A program made the translations under genes and the position numbers. The notes beneath the pieces were generated by a model. The model worked only from the letters and a program-made list of their open reading frames with translations. It made no database searches and had not been told where the DNA came from. Below are positions 39,317-51,749 of a stretch of 64,000 nt of DNA, piece by piece (position 1 is the stretch's first letter; every line of letters starts with the position of its first letter). Source of the DNA: Alloascoidea hylecoeti (lineage: Eukaryota); contig BCKZ01000041.1 in the NCBI GenBank assembly GCA_001600815.1, positions 1-64,000 of the forward strand, in the 5' to 3' direction.

Positions 39317-40684
39317 ATGCATTTCCATAATATTATCGGTTTATATGCTGCATTTCTTGCAAATCTCTGTTCAATCTCCTATGCTGCTCAGTGCAACCCT
39401 TTAAAGAAATCATGCCCCCCAAACCCAGCCCTGGGCTCCGCGTTAAGTATGGATTTCACCAAAGGTTTATCTCCTGACTTTTCAAATCAAGTAGACAGAG
39501 GTACCTATGACTATTCTCCTGAGAATGGTTTAACCTTAACTATAAATAAGAGACTTGATAATCCAAACATCAAAAGTAATTTTTATATCATGTATGGTAA
39601 AGCAGAAGTCGTTTTCAAAGCAGCTTCAGGTGTTGGTATTATATCTGCTTTCATGATGCAAAGTGATGATGGAGATGAGATTGATTTTGAATGGGTGGGT
39701 GGTGATGATACTTCAGTCCAAACAAATTTTTTTTCTAAAGGTGATGTGACAACTTATGACAGAGGTGGATTTAGCGAGGTGTCTCTTCCACAAGCTCAAT
39801 ATCATACTTATACAATTGATTGGGGTATGGATAAATTAGTGTGGTCTATTGATGGTGTTCCAGTAAGAACTTTGCTAAATTCAACGGCCTCGGGATACCC
39901 ACAATCACCACAGGCCGTCTTCCTTGGTATTTGGGCATCAGGTGATCCCGATAATTCTCCAGACACTATTAAGTGGGGTGGAGGTGAAACTGATTATAGC
40001 CAACTCCCATTTTCATTGTTTGCCAAATCTCTTACTGTTGAAGATTATTCCACTGGTAAAGCATATAAGTATACTGATCAATCTGGTTCTTGGCAATCAA
40101 TTGAAGCTATCGACGGTCAAGTATATGGAAGAATCAACGGTGATGTTCCATCATCAGAATCTTCTAGTTCTACCTCTTCTTCAAGTGCAGACCCCAGTTC
40201 AGCAACCTCCAGTTCAGTAACTTCTAGTTCTACATCTTCTAAATCCTCTAAGAGTTCTACATCTTCTAGTTCTACATCTTCTAGTTCTAGTTCCACAACT
40301 TCTAAATCCTCCAAGAGTTCTACATCTTCTAGTTCTACATCTTCTAAATCCTCTGAGAGTTCTTCAAGCTCAAGTAAATCCACATCTTCTAAAAATAGTG
40401 CCCCTATTGTTACGAGTAGTGCTACACCCAGTTCTTCGATCACTAAATCTTCTGCGTTATCTACTACTTCTCAAACCTCAAAGACTTCAAAATCTACCAC
40501 TACTAGCGAATCAGCATCAGCCTTAAGTCTATCATCAACTTCAAATCCTTCTTCTCCAACTTCCTCCAACCATGGTGCTTCTTCTGATGTAATACCATCT
40601 AAAAGCATCGGGGCTGGTGAAATAGTCTCTACATACAATCCTGTTCTTGGATTAATCCCTATTTTGTTTGCATTATTTGCTTAA
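39317..40684 (+). CDS. CRH1: CRH-family GH16 chitin transglycosylase, GPI-anchored cell-wall protein
   Basis: Signal peptide, CNPLKKSCPPNPAL, catalytic DEIDFE, Ser/Thr-rich stalk, hydrophobic C-terminus. The paralogue identity within the CRH family is uncertain. Confidence 0.88.
   Translation: MHFHNIIGLYAAFLANLCSISYAAQCNPLKKSCPPNPALGSALSMDFTKGLSPDFSNQVDRGTYDYSPENGLTLTINKRLDNPNIKSNFYIMYGKAEVVFKAASGVGIISAFMMQSDDGDEIDFEWVGGDDTSVQTNFFSKGDVTTYDRGGFSEVSLPQAQYHTYTIDWGMDKLVWSIDGVPVRTLLNSTASGYPQSPQAVFLGIWASGDPDNSPDTIKWGGGETDYSQLPFSLFAKSLTVEDYSTGKAYKYTDQSGSWQSIEAIDGQVYGRINGDVPSSESSSSTSSSSADPSSATSSSVTSSSTSSKSSKSSTSSSSTSSSSSSTTSKSSKSSTSSSSTSSKSSESSSSSSKSTSSKNSAPIVTSSATPSSSITKSSALSTTSQTSKTSKSTTTSESASALSLSSTSNPSSPTSSNHGASSDVIPSKSIGAGEIVSTYNPVLGLIPILFALFA
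40160..40390 (+). repeat. Intragenic tandem repeats encoding the Ser/Thr stalk
   Basis: Repeated TCTAGTTCTACATCTTCT and AAATCCTCxAAGAGT units. Confidence 0.85.
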
Positions 40685-43009
40685 AAATCTACCATGAACA
40701 CATACATACTATTTCTAATGATATTAAATGTAGTTACTTTTTAACTCCTCTAATGTTTGATATATGCATTTCTTTATAATTAAAACTCTTTAACGTTATA
40801 CATTTTTTTAAATTTCATATTCTTTTTTTAAACAATCATTATAATAATAAAATGAGATAATGCTGTTTATGATGGTCATATATAATACTAAATTTAAACA
40901 TTAGCGTAATGATGGACTCAAGGAGTATTCTACTCGTTCAGTGTTCGACATGTTCTATAAATAATGCTACAATATATACCATAATGCTTACAAACATGAC
41001 ATGATGACAATATTTAAAATGAAGCTAATCATTATGTGAGCTATTTAATACAGTATAGTTTGCTTATTTATTAGAAGAACTTTCACTATTAATACTATTC
41101 CTTGTTACTTTCACTTTTAAAAGGTTACCAAAAAGATCTCTGACTTGATGGAGGCTATTATGAGCCAACGAAACGGATTTTATGCGAAGCGGCTAACATT
41201 TTACATTCAATTATCTTGTATTATTTGATTACGGAATTGGGTAAGGTGCAGTTATATCATTTGTACAAATTTAGCTTAATTAAGTACTAGTTATAAAAAG
41301 TTATTGTAATAAAGTTTAAAGTAATAATAAAAGTATTATGTTAAAGTAAGGTTTCAATCATTGATATATTTCATATCTCAGAGAAAATACCATCTTTTTA
41401 TAGTCGGATTATTTACTATTTAAGAATGACATTCAAATACAAATAAAGATGTATAAAACAAATGTAATAAATTTGCAATATATGTTATAGCTATAAATTA
41501 TACTGCCAGGAGTACAGATCATCCACTCATGATTAGTCAACTAGAGGTCATATGGATTTCTGGCGTAATTGGTTCGACACAGTCTCTTTGATATATATTA
41601 TAGTATTATATGCTGCTTATGGGCCTTCTCAAAGATACCTAATTTTGAAAACAAAAGTTGCCTAGTAAATGAATGTAACACAGGTTAATCTGACTGTACC
41701 ATAGATTAAATCACGCAAAAGTAATCTTTTACAATTCACTTTCAGGAACGTTTATGAATATATTTATTGGCATACTCTATAAAGGTCATACTCTACTTGA
41801 TGAATGGAAATTGAATATTCTTAAACCTGGACTGCATTAGACCCATGAAAATAGCGAGAGATAAGTGAATGTTGCATAAGTTATTACTTATACCTATGCA
41901 GATTTAATCGATTATCAGAATTATGAAATTAAGCAGAAATTAGAAATATTACTGGATTTAGTAATTAATTTTTGTGTTATTAATTTTGCAACTCTTTGTT
42001 GCAATTTAACAATTTTGTGTGTGCCTCTAGCCTTCTTCGAGCCCATTTATTTCTTAACCAATCCGTCAACCATTAACATTGCTAGATTGTAGATGATGAT
42101 AGATGCTCGACCATCCTAATAAAAAAAGCATATACATGCATATTATATATATATATTAGTAACGTTACTTTAAAATCAATCTCAAATGTAAAGTTTCAAT
42201 TTGATCACTGGAATTCTTCACGATTTCTAACTTTGAGGATACTTTTCATGAATATTAGATGTCACTAGATAATCATGAAAATATCGTTCTTGAAATTTTG
42301 CTTAAGTGTATTAAGTTTTTCTCTTTCAGTTTTTATTAAATGGTTAAGTGATAAGCGTTTCACAGCTTAGTTGTTTCGGAAGTCATTTTTATCGTAGTTA
42401 GTATTGAACTGTCATAAATATATTCATTACACTGCTAATCGTCCAATATCAACTGCCGTCTCTTTTAATTCATTTAGAACATGTAACTCTTTGACTTTTT
42501 TTTTTTCCATCTGAACGATATCAGCTTAAGTTTCTTCTTATAGATAGAATTTACCTCCAAGAAATACGCTCAACAAAAATACAGCGCCTTAAAATTTTGA
42601 TTTCTATTTGATATCCATCACATCTCTTCAACAAGCCAAACTATCTTCACTGTAAAAACAATAATGTCCATATTTACATTATTCGGCTTACAAAACCAGA
42701 ACCCCAATCCGGACAAAATTAAAAAGTCCATCCTTCCCAGACTCTAAATACGTTAGATAAAATAAATACATTAAATAAGATGAGCAAATAATGGGTAAAG
42801 TAATTATAATGAGTCATGGGGTGTACTTGGCTCCTCGTTATCTAAATTCTAATTGTAAAACGGGTCGTGAAGTTCATTACGATGTATGTTAATGTATCAT
42901 TTAGAATCATATATTTGTTGACTTAATTGAATATAAGAATATTATTATAAATATCAACATATACCATGCATCGGTATTACAACCACTTGTTGACTACACA
43001 TAGCATAAA

Positions 43010-43594
43010 TTATAAAACCCGAGCTCTTTTAATTCGATTTTTTATTTTTTGATCCACTGTTTCTTGTTTATGAGGGCCTGATGACTGGGTTGTAGATGAT
43101 GGCCGATGTGGCGCTTGAATATTATTAACCTCATTATTTTCAGTTGCCGATGGGTTGTTGGTAAAAGTGGTGCCAGTGTGATAATCGTCAGACTTTTTTT
43201 TGATATATTCGGACGGAGGTCTGGGTCTCAGATCTCTAATACCTTTATTATCTTCATTAAATAGGTTAACTTGTAAATCAAGCTCCACCCTTTCGAAACT
43301 TGTTAATAAAGGTGACCAAGTGGTATTCTTACCAAAACTATCTTCGTATTCAAAGGATCCAACACATCTCATTAACTGTAACATATCGAGTGCATCGGGG
43401 ACACCAGAACCGCAACCAGTATCATCGGCAAGTACCTCATCGAGCAAATTCTCATGTAGTGCTTCAAAATTGTCCACTTCACTGTTGTATTTTGGCATCC
43501 TCTTTATTTCAGCTTCATTTTTGGTGTACCATATGTTCCATTCTTCGACAGGATGAAGGTTTTTGTTGTATTTTGGAGTTGGATCAATTGCCAT
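43010..43594 (-). CDS. Uncharacterised family, copy 3 (subtype B), 194 aa
   Basis: MAIDPTPKYNKNLHPVEEWNIWY...YEDSFGKN..WSPLLTSFERVELDLQV...RDLRPR. Closest to copy 2. Confidence 0.8.
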   Translation of the reverse strand: MAIDPTPKYNKNLHPVEEWNIWYTKNEAEIKRMPKYNSEVDNFEALHENLLDEVLADDTGCGSGVPDALDMLQLMRCVGSFEYEDSFGKNTTWSPLLTSFERVELDLQVNLFNEDNKGIRDLRPRPPSEYIKKKSDDYHTGTTFTNNPSATENNEVNNIQAPHRPSSTTQSSGPHKQETVDQKIKNRIKRARVL

Positions 43595-44918
43595 CTAGTT
43601 TGTCAATGATAGGACAAAAGATAAGGATTTAAGAGATATGTATATAGAAACTTAGTTTGGCTTTGGTAGAGTTACAGCCTGATTAGCGGAATGTGGATGG
43701 AAAAATGTGAAGGAAACAATTGAAATTGAAAATTAAGTAACAATTATAAAAATAAATAAAAAATTGAAACACAAAATGTAAGCGCTGACACTTTGATACA
43801 ATGGGATCAATACACTAAATATGGGCCAGCGAACACTAAATAAATTTGGAGTGTCGTTATAACAAACACAAAACAAAAGTTATTTAAAAAAGACAATTTT
43901 ATTAAAGGAGCTTTCACTATTTCCTTTTACTGTGAGTACGGAATAGTGAGATACTACAATAAGCCATATCCTTTAACCGAAACTTATCAACTAAAAGGAT
44001 ATGGAATTTTTGAAATAAAATTGTTGTATAAGACATATAACTAGATAGTATCAAGTATCAATAGTTTGACAATGAATTAACACAATTAAAAAAATTAAGC
44101 AAGTTAAGATAATTAAAAATTAACTAACTTAGGGGGAAACCCCCCAATTGACAAATTCGAAGTTATGATTTTCAATGTCACTATAAAATCGATTGGAAAT
44201 AGTGTAGATAAATGTTTTTATTTGTGGAAAATCATCAATAGTTGATAACGCAAAACATATGAACTCAAATCAAATATAATTATAATGACCCTGATCAAAA
44301 AATTAAACTATGGAAATAGTTTAGATACAGGTATAGTAGTAAAAAGTTCAGATTTCTATTTATTTTTGATGTTCAGAAAGCAGGCTATCCATAACACAAC
44401 ATACAACTCAAATATAATGAAGTTGATCGAGCTATTGCAAATGATGTAAGCAAAAGATACAACCCAAATTTCATGAAGTTGATCCAAAATTTAACCTATT
44501 GCAAATCAGATAAGTATCTTTTATGTTTCAAGTAGTTTTGATAATGAAGTTTATCTCATAATGGGAAGCAGTTAGAGTCGCTAGCCAAAAAAAAAAAAAA
44601 AAAAAAAAGAAGGGAAACCAATTTCAAGGAAGTTGAAATAAAAATAAACTGTTTTAAAATAGTTTATATATGGTAATAGTGTAAATGAAGTTGGGACAAC
44701 AATAAAATGTTTCAAGTAGTCATAGTAATAATATATTCAGATTTCGAATTCATTTAATAATTTTAATCCAACAATCAGTAAAAATAAAAAAAACTAGCAT
44801 AATGGTAGTATATACACTCTTTCAAGGATATAAACTGATTAGAGTGGCTTATATATATTAATATAAATTGCAGATTAAATCCTACTTCAATAAAAACAAC
44901 TATTATTATTACCTTATA

Positions 44919-45017
44919 TTAAAGTTCAAAATGCCTGTTTCCCAGTTGCGCCAAAAAGCCAATCGACTCTTTAGTGAACTGTTCTAAGAGTGTAATATAT
45001 ATATAGAATATCCAACA
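44919..45017 (+). mobile_element. LTR 3'-end fragment
   Basis: ...GTTGCGCCAAAAAGCCAATCGACTCTTTAGTGAACTGTTCTAAG...TATCCAACA, shared with copies at 14240-14327, 14879-14978 and 46670-46751. Confidence 0.65.
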
Positions 45018-45809
45018 CACCCAACCTTAGGCAGGTCACTTTACTAATCGCCATATCTGCCTTACATTTATATATGAATAAGCTTATTGTTACCCAAAAT
45101 TTATAAAGTATTACTTATGACCAACATTATATAAGTGTAACCTAAAGTAAACCAAAAAACAATCAATATTGGGATGAACATGAATATCGGTGTATCTAAA
45201 TAATGGAAAAAAGTGGAGTTACAAATACAGTATCTTCTCATTATAGTTCAAACTACTCCTATCAAAGACTACTTCGATATGGAATCGAGTAATTGGATAC
45301 AAAAAATAAAATATAGTTTTTTCAGAGTTCCAGAAGGCTTCTAGTATCGTCCCCTTCCTGTAAGTACACAGTCGAAATAATAATCCGATCTATAAAATGC
45401 CAAAAAGATCAAGATTCAGACTGTGAAAAAGGACAATTAATCTTCGCATCTATATGAATAAATCGTTTACCCGAAACAGAACCCTAATCCAGTCATAAAA
45501 TTAAAAAGTTCAACCTTCCCAGACGTTAAATAAAATAAATAACATGAATCACATGAGCAACCAATGGGTCAACTAATGAGTCATGGGCTCGGATAATTGT
45601 TTCCAAGCGTTCCAGATTCTTATTGGTATATGGATGGTTCATTTGAAAAGGATAAGTGACAGATATAAATACGAGTCATGTTTAGGGAGATATCGTGAAG
45701 TTCATGAAGGTGGATTTATTCATTTATTATACTAATATTTTTGTTGACCTCATTGATATGAATAATGTTATAGAGAAGTATATAGGTGACCTATTGTTGA
45801 CTGTTCCTA

Positions 45810-46382
45810 TCATAAGTCATAAAAGCCCGAATCTTCTAATTCATCTAGGAATGCTTGATCCAGTTGATCCCGGCCTATAAATTTTTGTGACTGGTCTGTA
45901 TGTGGTGGCTCATGTTGGTTCGTAGTTGGTGGTTGTGCATTATCCAGCTCACCTATAGACGGGCCCTTAGTGAGGTCAGTCTTAAGAGACACAGATTCAT
46001 TTGAAGGAGACGGAGATCTAGTTCCAATATCCGTTCTATCTTTATTTTCTCCATAAAATTTGATAATTTGTGATTTAAGGGCTTTTAATTCAGAATCCGA
46101 TAATAAAGGTGACCAAATGGAATCTTTACCAAAAATATTATCGTATTCGCAAGATGGATCATATTTCATAAATAGCAATCTTTCAAGTTTGTCTTTGTGG
46201 CTGGTAACACCGGAAAGCTCTTCTTCGTTTGTCTTCGCGCGTTGGACAAGCAGACTGTTTGCTTCACTATTGCTTTCATTTTTTATCCTTTTTAGTTCAG
46301 CTTTATTTTGGATAAACCACGAGTTCCACAATTTGACAGGATGAGTATCTTTATCGTATTCTGGAGTTGGATCAGTTGTCAT
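45810..46382 (-). CDS. Uncharacterised family, copy 4 (subtype A), 190 aa
   Basis: MTTDPTPEYDKDTHPVKLWNSWF...CEYDNIFG..WSPLLS...LDQAFLDELEDSGFYDL*. Confidence 0.8.
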   Translation of the reverse strand: MTTDPTPEYDKDTHPVKLWNSWFIQNKAELKRIKNESNSEANSLLVQRAKTNEEELSGVTSHKDKLERLLFMKYDPSCEYDNIFGKDSIWSPLLSDSELKALKSQIIKFYGENKDRTDIGTRSPSPSNESVSLKTDLTKGPSIGELDNAQPPTTNQHEPPHTDQSQKFIGRDQLDQAFLDELEDSGFYDL

Positions 46383-46669
46383 CCTGTTTGTGGTTAATAA
46401 TATGGAATGCTAGGAATTTAAAGAGATATTTATAGAGTTTTATTTTGGAGGATGTTACTGTGAGAATCAACCTATGCTGTGACTTTTATAGAGTTGCAGG
46501 CCTGATAAGGACAATGTAGATAGAAAAATGAGTTGAATTTGAAAATGAAACAACGATCGCGAATAAAAAATTGAAACAAAAAAAGTAAGCGCTGATAAGT
46601 TTATACCTTCGAGATGAGACTAAATATGGGCCGGGTGACACCAAAGTATTTAAAAAAGGACCATAGTTT

Positions 46670-46751
46670 AATTAAGTCCTGTTTCTTCTAGTTACACCAA
46701 AACTCCAATTGATCTTTTTTGAACTGTTCTAAGGATAATATAATTCCAACA
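46670..46751 (+). mobile_element. Degenerate LTR 3'-end fragment
   Basis: CCTGTTTCTTCTAGTTACACCAAAA...GAACTGTTCTAAG...TTCCAACA. Confidence 0.55.
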
Positions 46752-47179
46752 TAGATAATACCATAAAATACATCTTTTACAATCAATCCTGGAATGAACA
46801 TTTGATAATACTGTTAAACTAACCCTTGGTACCGATATTTTCATTGAAGCTGAAAATTAAGTTAGTACAGGATTATAAATATATAATTATGTATTTATCA
46901 TTCTTCCATTATTATTATAGAGACATTAACACTTCATTTATTCTTATTCTTCCTAAAAAGATGCTTCATAATTCAAATAAAATGTTCAAAAATCGAGAAC
47001 CCATCGTATTTAGACACAAAATTGATTATTTTACTTTTAACACACACATAATATTCTGCTAGATATTTACAAAACTTTAAATTGTCTCCAATTATCAACA
47101 ATGGCTTCCAACATCACGCGACCAGCTCGATACTCGAGATAGACTCCAAAGCCCAATGGCTATATATTATTATTCCTTT

Positions 47180-48355
47180 TCTATTCCATTAGAGGAACCT
47201 TTATTACCCCTACCTAGTCTGTTACGTCTCATATCATTACATATATTAATATGTATCAGCTTCAATTAGTACCTTTAGTTGGTGGTATATTCATATATTT
47301 TATTCAAAGCTGTAAGTTGTGTACACTTAAGGTTTGACGAATTTAAAATTTCAAAAGACACAGGTTCCTGCTTTCTTTCTTCTATACTTTAATGAATTAA
47401 ACTCTTCTAGTTAATCTATTAACTTGAAAAATATAATCCATAACACCATTACGCTAAAGAGGATGATTTATAGAATATCATCTAAATGTATAGTTAAACT
47501 ACAACCATAAACAAGAAACTATTGCCCAATCTCTTGAAAACCTTTCAGTAAATTGATTTAATGGTGTGTCCAATTTTTATTGCTTGAATAATCGCAGATT
47601 ATGAAGCCCTTGATAATCCTGTTAAAACCTATGATATAATCAATCAATATAATATCATATTTAAAGGGAAAAAATGATTGTAGATTAATATAAAGATACA
47701 ATCATTAAAATGTAGTTCTATATATAAGAGTAGTGACGGTTGTTCATTTTTGGTAACGTTATCGATTACTTATTTCTTGTTCCTTCGGAAATTATTATTT
47801 TTGTATCCATAGTAAAATCCAATGATCATCCATTCTTTAGATACCCACAAACAACTAGATCGATTACGTTATTCTGATGGAGAGTAACGTTCCTAACCAT
47901 CTTCTTTTCATTGTGGGTGTTACTGACCAAAAGCTGTAATATTCATTAGTAAACAAAATCCATTTGAACAATTGCAATATGCCATCACGCAAACAGCCTA
48001 TAGCAAAAATCGATTTTCAAGAATCCCTATTTGCTTGTCAGCACTTCAATTTTAAAACTCTGAACTTATAAGCAAATTGTTGACATATGAAGGACCAGAT
48101 GAAAGACTACTTAACTTATTTATAGTTAACGATATAATCATTCCTGTTAATTCTGATTGTGGTATTATGATTTCGAATTTGAATGATCACAAACTCTTTA
48201 AACATTTTAAAAAATTGGAAGGAAAATTCAGTACATGGTCTACCTTTTCAATTGGTGGTAATTCAAATAGGCTAGCTGTTTTTAATGTGGCTAGTGATTT
48301 TGTTTATGATTTTATGGAAGCCCTAAGGATAAAGTATTTAACAACTTTCAAGTGA
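47180..48355 (+). pseudogene. Decayed F-box/WD40-like gene relic, copy e
   Basis: The end of ORF 48077..48355 (SNRLAVFNVASDFVYDFMEALRIKYLTTFK*) aligns with SKRMVVFTKGSDIVFYDFTKNLRKKYLKYM* at 600..818. Upstream fragments IPLE and KDTIIKM are weakly F-box/WD-like. Confidence 0.4.
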
Positions 48356-50309
48356 ATCTAAGAACCAGATCACTAATGGAAAACATTCAAGGGACTGCTT
48401 CTTCATTTTTGGTTCACTTATTTTGATGATGTTACACATACTTATAAACTTTATTTGGGAATATCTGTTTGAAACTTTAATTTTTGACCATGAATGACTC
48501 GGGTGACTGACTTTAATAAAAAAGTAATAGCTCAGCAATATGGATCTATTCTACTGGTGCCTCGAAGAATACCAAAACTAATTAGCGGATAGCAACTATT
48601 ATTTTAGCAAGATTACAGAGATTTAATAAAGGAACAATAAATGTTGGACAAAAAACAGCCGGTATTCAGAGCTCACAGTGATCCATAGGTGTTTATATTA
48701 AGTATTACAAAGGGAAAAATACCTTTAATTTAGTACTTTAGATTTAACGGTGATATTCTTCTACACGACAATTGTCAATTCTATCAATTAAAAAGTTCAA
48801 GAGGAAACTGAAATGGAACAACTATATCGGTATTAGTCTGATTACCTCGGATACCTGACTCCCAATGAAACAAATTGAACAAGCCCAAGAATAATAGTGG
48901 AAACAATCACACTTAAATTAATTATTCATGGATATTACTTCAAATTAATATAACAGACTGGTAATAGAAAACTTTACATATTATTTTAAACTAAACAATT
49001 TCTAATTCAATGATTTAAATTCAATGCAATAGCTTAGTTTAAAATAATACTTATGCCTATAATATTGTTAACAAAGTCACTGGTTTATTTTTAATTTGGG
49101 GTAATGTTCTAAATTAATGATTCTAAAAACCCTTCAAACTGTAGTTTATATAATTATTAGAATTTTAACTTTTAATTGCATGTCACCTTTGACATTACTT
49201 GCCTCTTCTGTCTTTAAGTTTAAAGATGAGCTTTTCCAAGTATTTGGCTTAATTCCCATTCCATCAGCTCCCTTTAAGTATTATGATAATAAAGTAGACA
49301 GTTTATATTTAAGTATTTGAATCAATTAAATTTAACGTCAATTGAAAAACTTAGAAATCAAATTGTTTTTCCTTTTATTTTTTTTTAATTTTTTTTTTTT
49401 TTCATAAACGTATAATTATTATTGCCTTTAGAATTGAGATTGTGATTGAGAATACATGCCAAGTTTAACATTTTTAGTTCATATACATTTGTGATAACTT
49501 ATAGAGTAGTCTTATGTATGCAATCTTATAATCCAGAAAGGCAACAAGTGGGAGCAGAATCAAACCCTGAATAACGAAGTACATGTATGTTGTAAAACTT
49601 TACAAAATTTGGAAGCCCGATAGGAAAGGAGTTAAACTCTTATTTTCTACTTTAATATCAGTTTACATTAAACGATCTACTGCGATATTGCTATTTTACT
49701 GTAGTACATACATCTACGACTAGAGAATTCATTTCTTTTTTCACAATTAACGTAACTTCTATTGAACTAATGATTATCAGTTAGTCATTACCATCTATAA
49801 TAATTATAATCAAAGAGGTGCAAAAGTCACTATTTGACCAACACTATTTTGAATGAATATACTTTGAGGTGATAACAAGCACTTTATCCAACCCGCTAAT
49901 AATCCGCTCTAAAGATTTGTTGTTGATGTGACTAATTCGAAAGCAGATGTATGAAAGGAACCAATTGCAAAAAAGGATTTTAATCAATAGCTTGACCTTA
50001 CATTCTTATATCATGTTTTACAGACTAGATATAGCATTATACGCGACTGATAGATTATTATCATTCCTAGGTATAGGTATAACAGTGGAGGAATCTGCTT
50101 TGCAATTATTGGGTAAAAATTTGACTATTTTAATTATTATTGAATCTTAAGGTCTTAATTAAGAAGATATATGTTTATCTTTATAATAAGAATGAGAACA
50201 TATAGGGGTTTATATTTTAATTGGGACACATTTACTTATTTGTGATAATTTGATTAAATATTTGAACATTTAATCCACACCATATCGCTCAAAAGACTGT
50301 TTAAATGTT

Positions 50310-50807
50310 TCAGTTCTTGAGGTACTGGTGACTGCTCGTGGTGGGTTCTTGCGTATTATCAACCCCATTACTTTCAGCTGCAAAGGGATGGTTAGTAAAG
50401 ATTGGAGTAATAAGTTCATGCGTCTCATAATAATTAGAAATCTTTGGATGTCTAGGTCTGAGATCCCTAAATCCTTTATTATCTTCAACAAATTGAACTA
50501 CTTGTAAATAAAGCTCCCTCCATTCGGGACTCGTTAACGAAGGTGTCCAGGTGATATGTATACTATTATCAGTATGATATCTATAGACCTGGGAGAATCG
50601 CATACCAGACAATTCTTCTTTGTAGCTGATATAGTCAGCAAGTGTTTCTATGTGATTATTACTATGTTGTAAAGCTGAATCATGCACTTGTTGCTTGTCG
50701 TATGGTGGCATCTTCTCTATTTCAGTTTCATTCTTGGAGTACTATCAGCTCCTTTCTTCGATGGGGTGAAGATCTTTGTTGTCTTTTGGAGTTGGTTCAA
50801 TTGCCAT
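50310..50807 (-). pseudogene. Uncharacterised family, copy 5 (subtype C), nonsense-mutated
   Basis: ATG at 50807: MAIEPTPKDNKDLHPIEERS**YSKNETE; TGA-TAG lies where copy 7 has TGG-TGG. The rest is ORF 50310..50711. Confidence 0.8.
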
Positions 50808-51326
50808 CTTGTTTGTGGAAACTAATGCGGAAGAAAGGGAATTGAAAGATAAGTGTATAGATTTTTATCGGGAGGATGTTATTTTGAGTATTAATTGCTA
50901 GTATAGCTGTGATGTATACTCAGTTGGAACCCGATTGGAAGAATATGGATGAAAAATTTGTTGGAAAAAGTTGATATTGAGAAGAAAATAATAAAATATA
51001 TACGTAAAATATTGAAACACAAACATAAGGTGTAAGCGCTGCTGAATATACATATATCATCTGGATCAGTGAACTAATTTTGGGCCGGTGGACAAAAAAG
51101 AAATATAAGCACACACCGAACACAAAACCAAGTTTAAAGGGTATCTACTACCAAACAGATATGGAAAAAAGCTTGACATTTTTAAATATTTATGACGTTG
51201 ATTCCTGTTCAATATAGGATAAATTCTTTTTATCAGTTTTGGAAGTACTTGTGGCTGATTTGTGTTTGGAAGTTGACGTGCAGTCGATGGTAACAAATTA
51301 TGACCTCAATTGGCTGCAGACAGGTA

Positions 51327-51749
51327 CTACATGGTCAAATCAATAGTACTAATAGACCCATGAATTCTGAGAGCAGACTGAGGTCTTGGTCTAAGACTCC
51401 TTATACCTTTGTTATCCTCATAAAATTTAAGAATTTGTGAATCAAGAATCATCTTTTCATCACCCGTTAATGAAGGTGACCAGTTGATTTTTTTACCAAA
51501 AATATTTTTGTATTCATAGCATTGAGCATACCTCAATTCAGACAGTTTTTCGACTGTTTCGTAAAACCTGATATCTCCAACAAGTAATTTTCCGTACATT
51601 TCAGCGGTTTGAATAAGTGCAGCATAAATATCGCTATTGGTGTCATTTGACATCATCTTCAGTTCAGCCTCATTGTCGGTGTACCACCTGTACCACTCTT
51701 CGATAGGATGTAGATTTTTGTTGTATTTTGGAGTTGGATCAGTTGCCAT
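51327..51749 (-). CDS. Uncharacterised family, copy 6, 140 aa (tail truncated)
   Basis: MATDPTPKYNKNLHPIEEWYRWY...YEYKNIFGK..WSPSLT...RSLRPR. A P/Q/T-rich tail remnant continues after the stop. Confidence 0.72.
   Translation of the reverse strand: MATDPTPKYNKNLHPIEEWYRWYTDNEAELKMMSNDTNSDIYAALIQTAEMYGKLLVGDIRFYETVEKLSELRYAQCYEYKNIFGKKINWSPSLTGDEKMILDSQILKFYEDNKGIRSLRPRPQSALRIHGSISTIDLTM

Noticed and set aside
40117..40443. Antisense ORF with ELEDVELLED repeats
   Set aside because: Mirror of the Ser-rich repeats of the CRH gene.
43200..43632. Antisense ORFs over family copies (also 46060, 50642, 63646)
   Set aside because: Frames are not conserved between paralogues; shadows of the sense genes.
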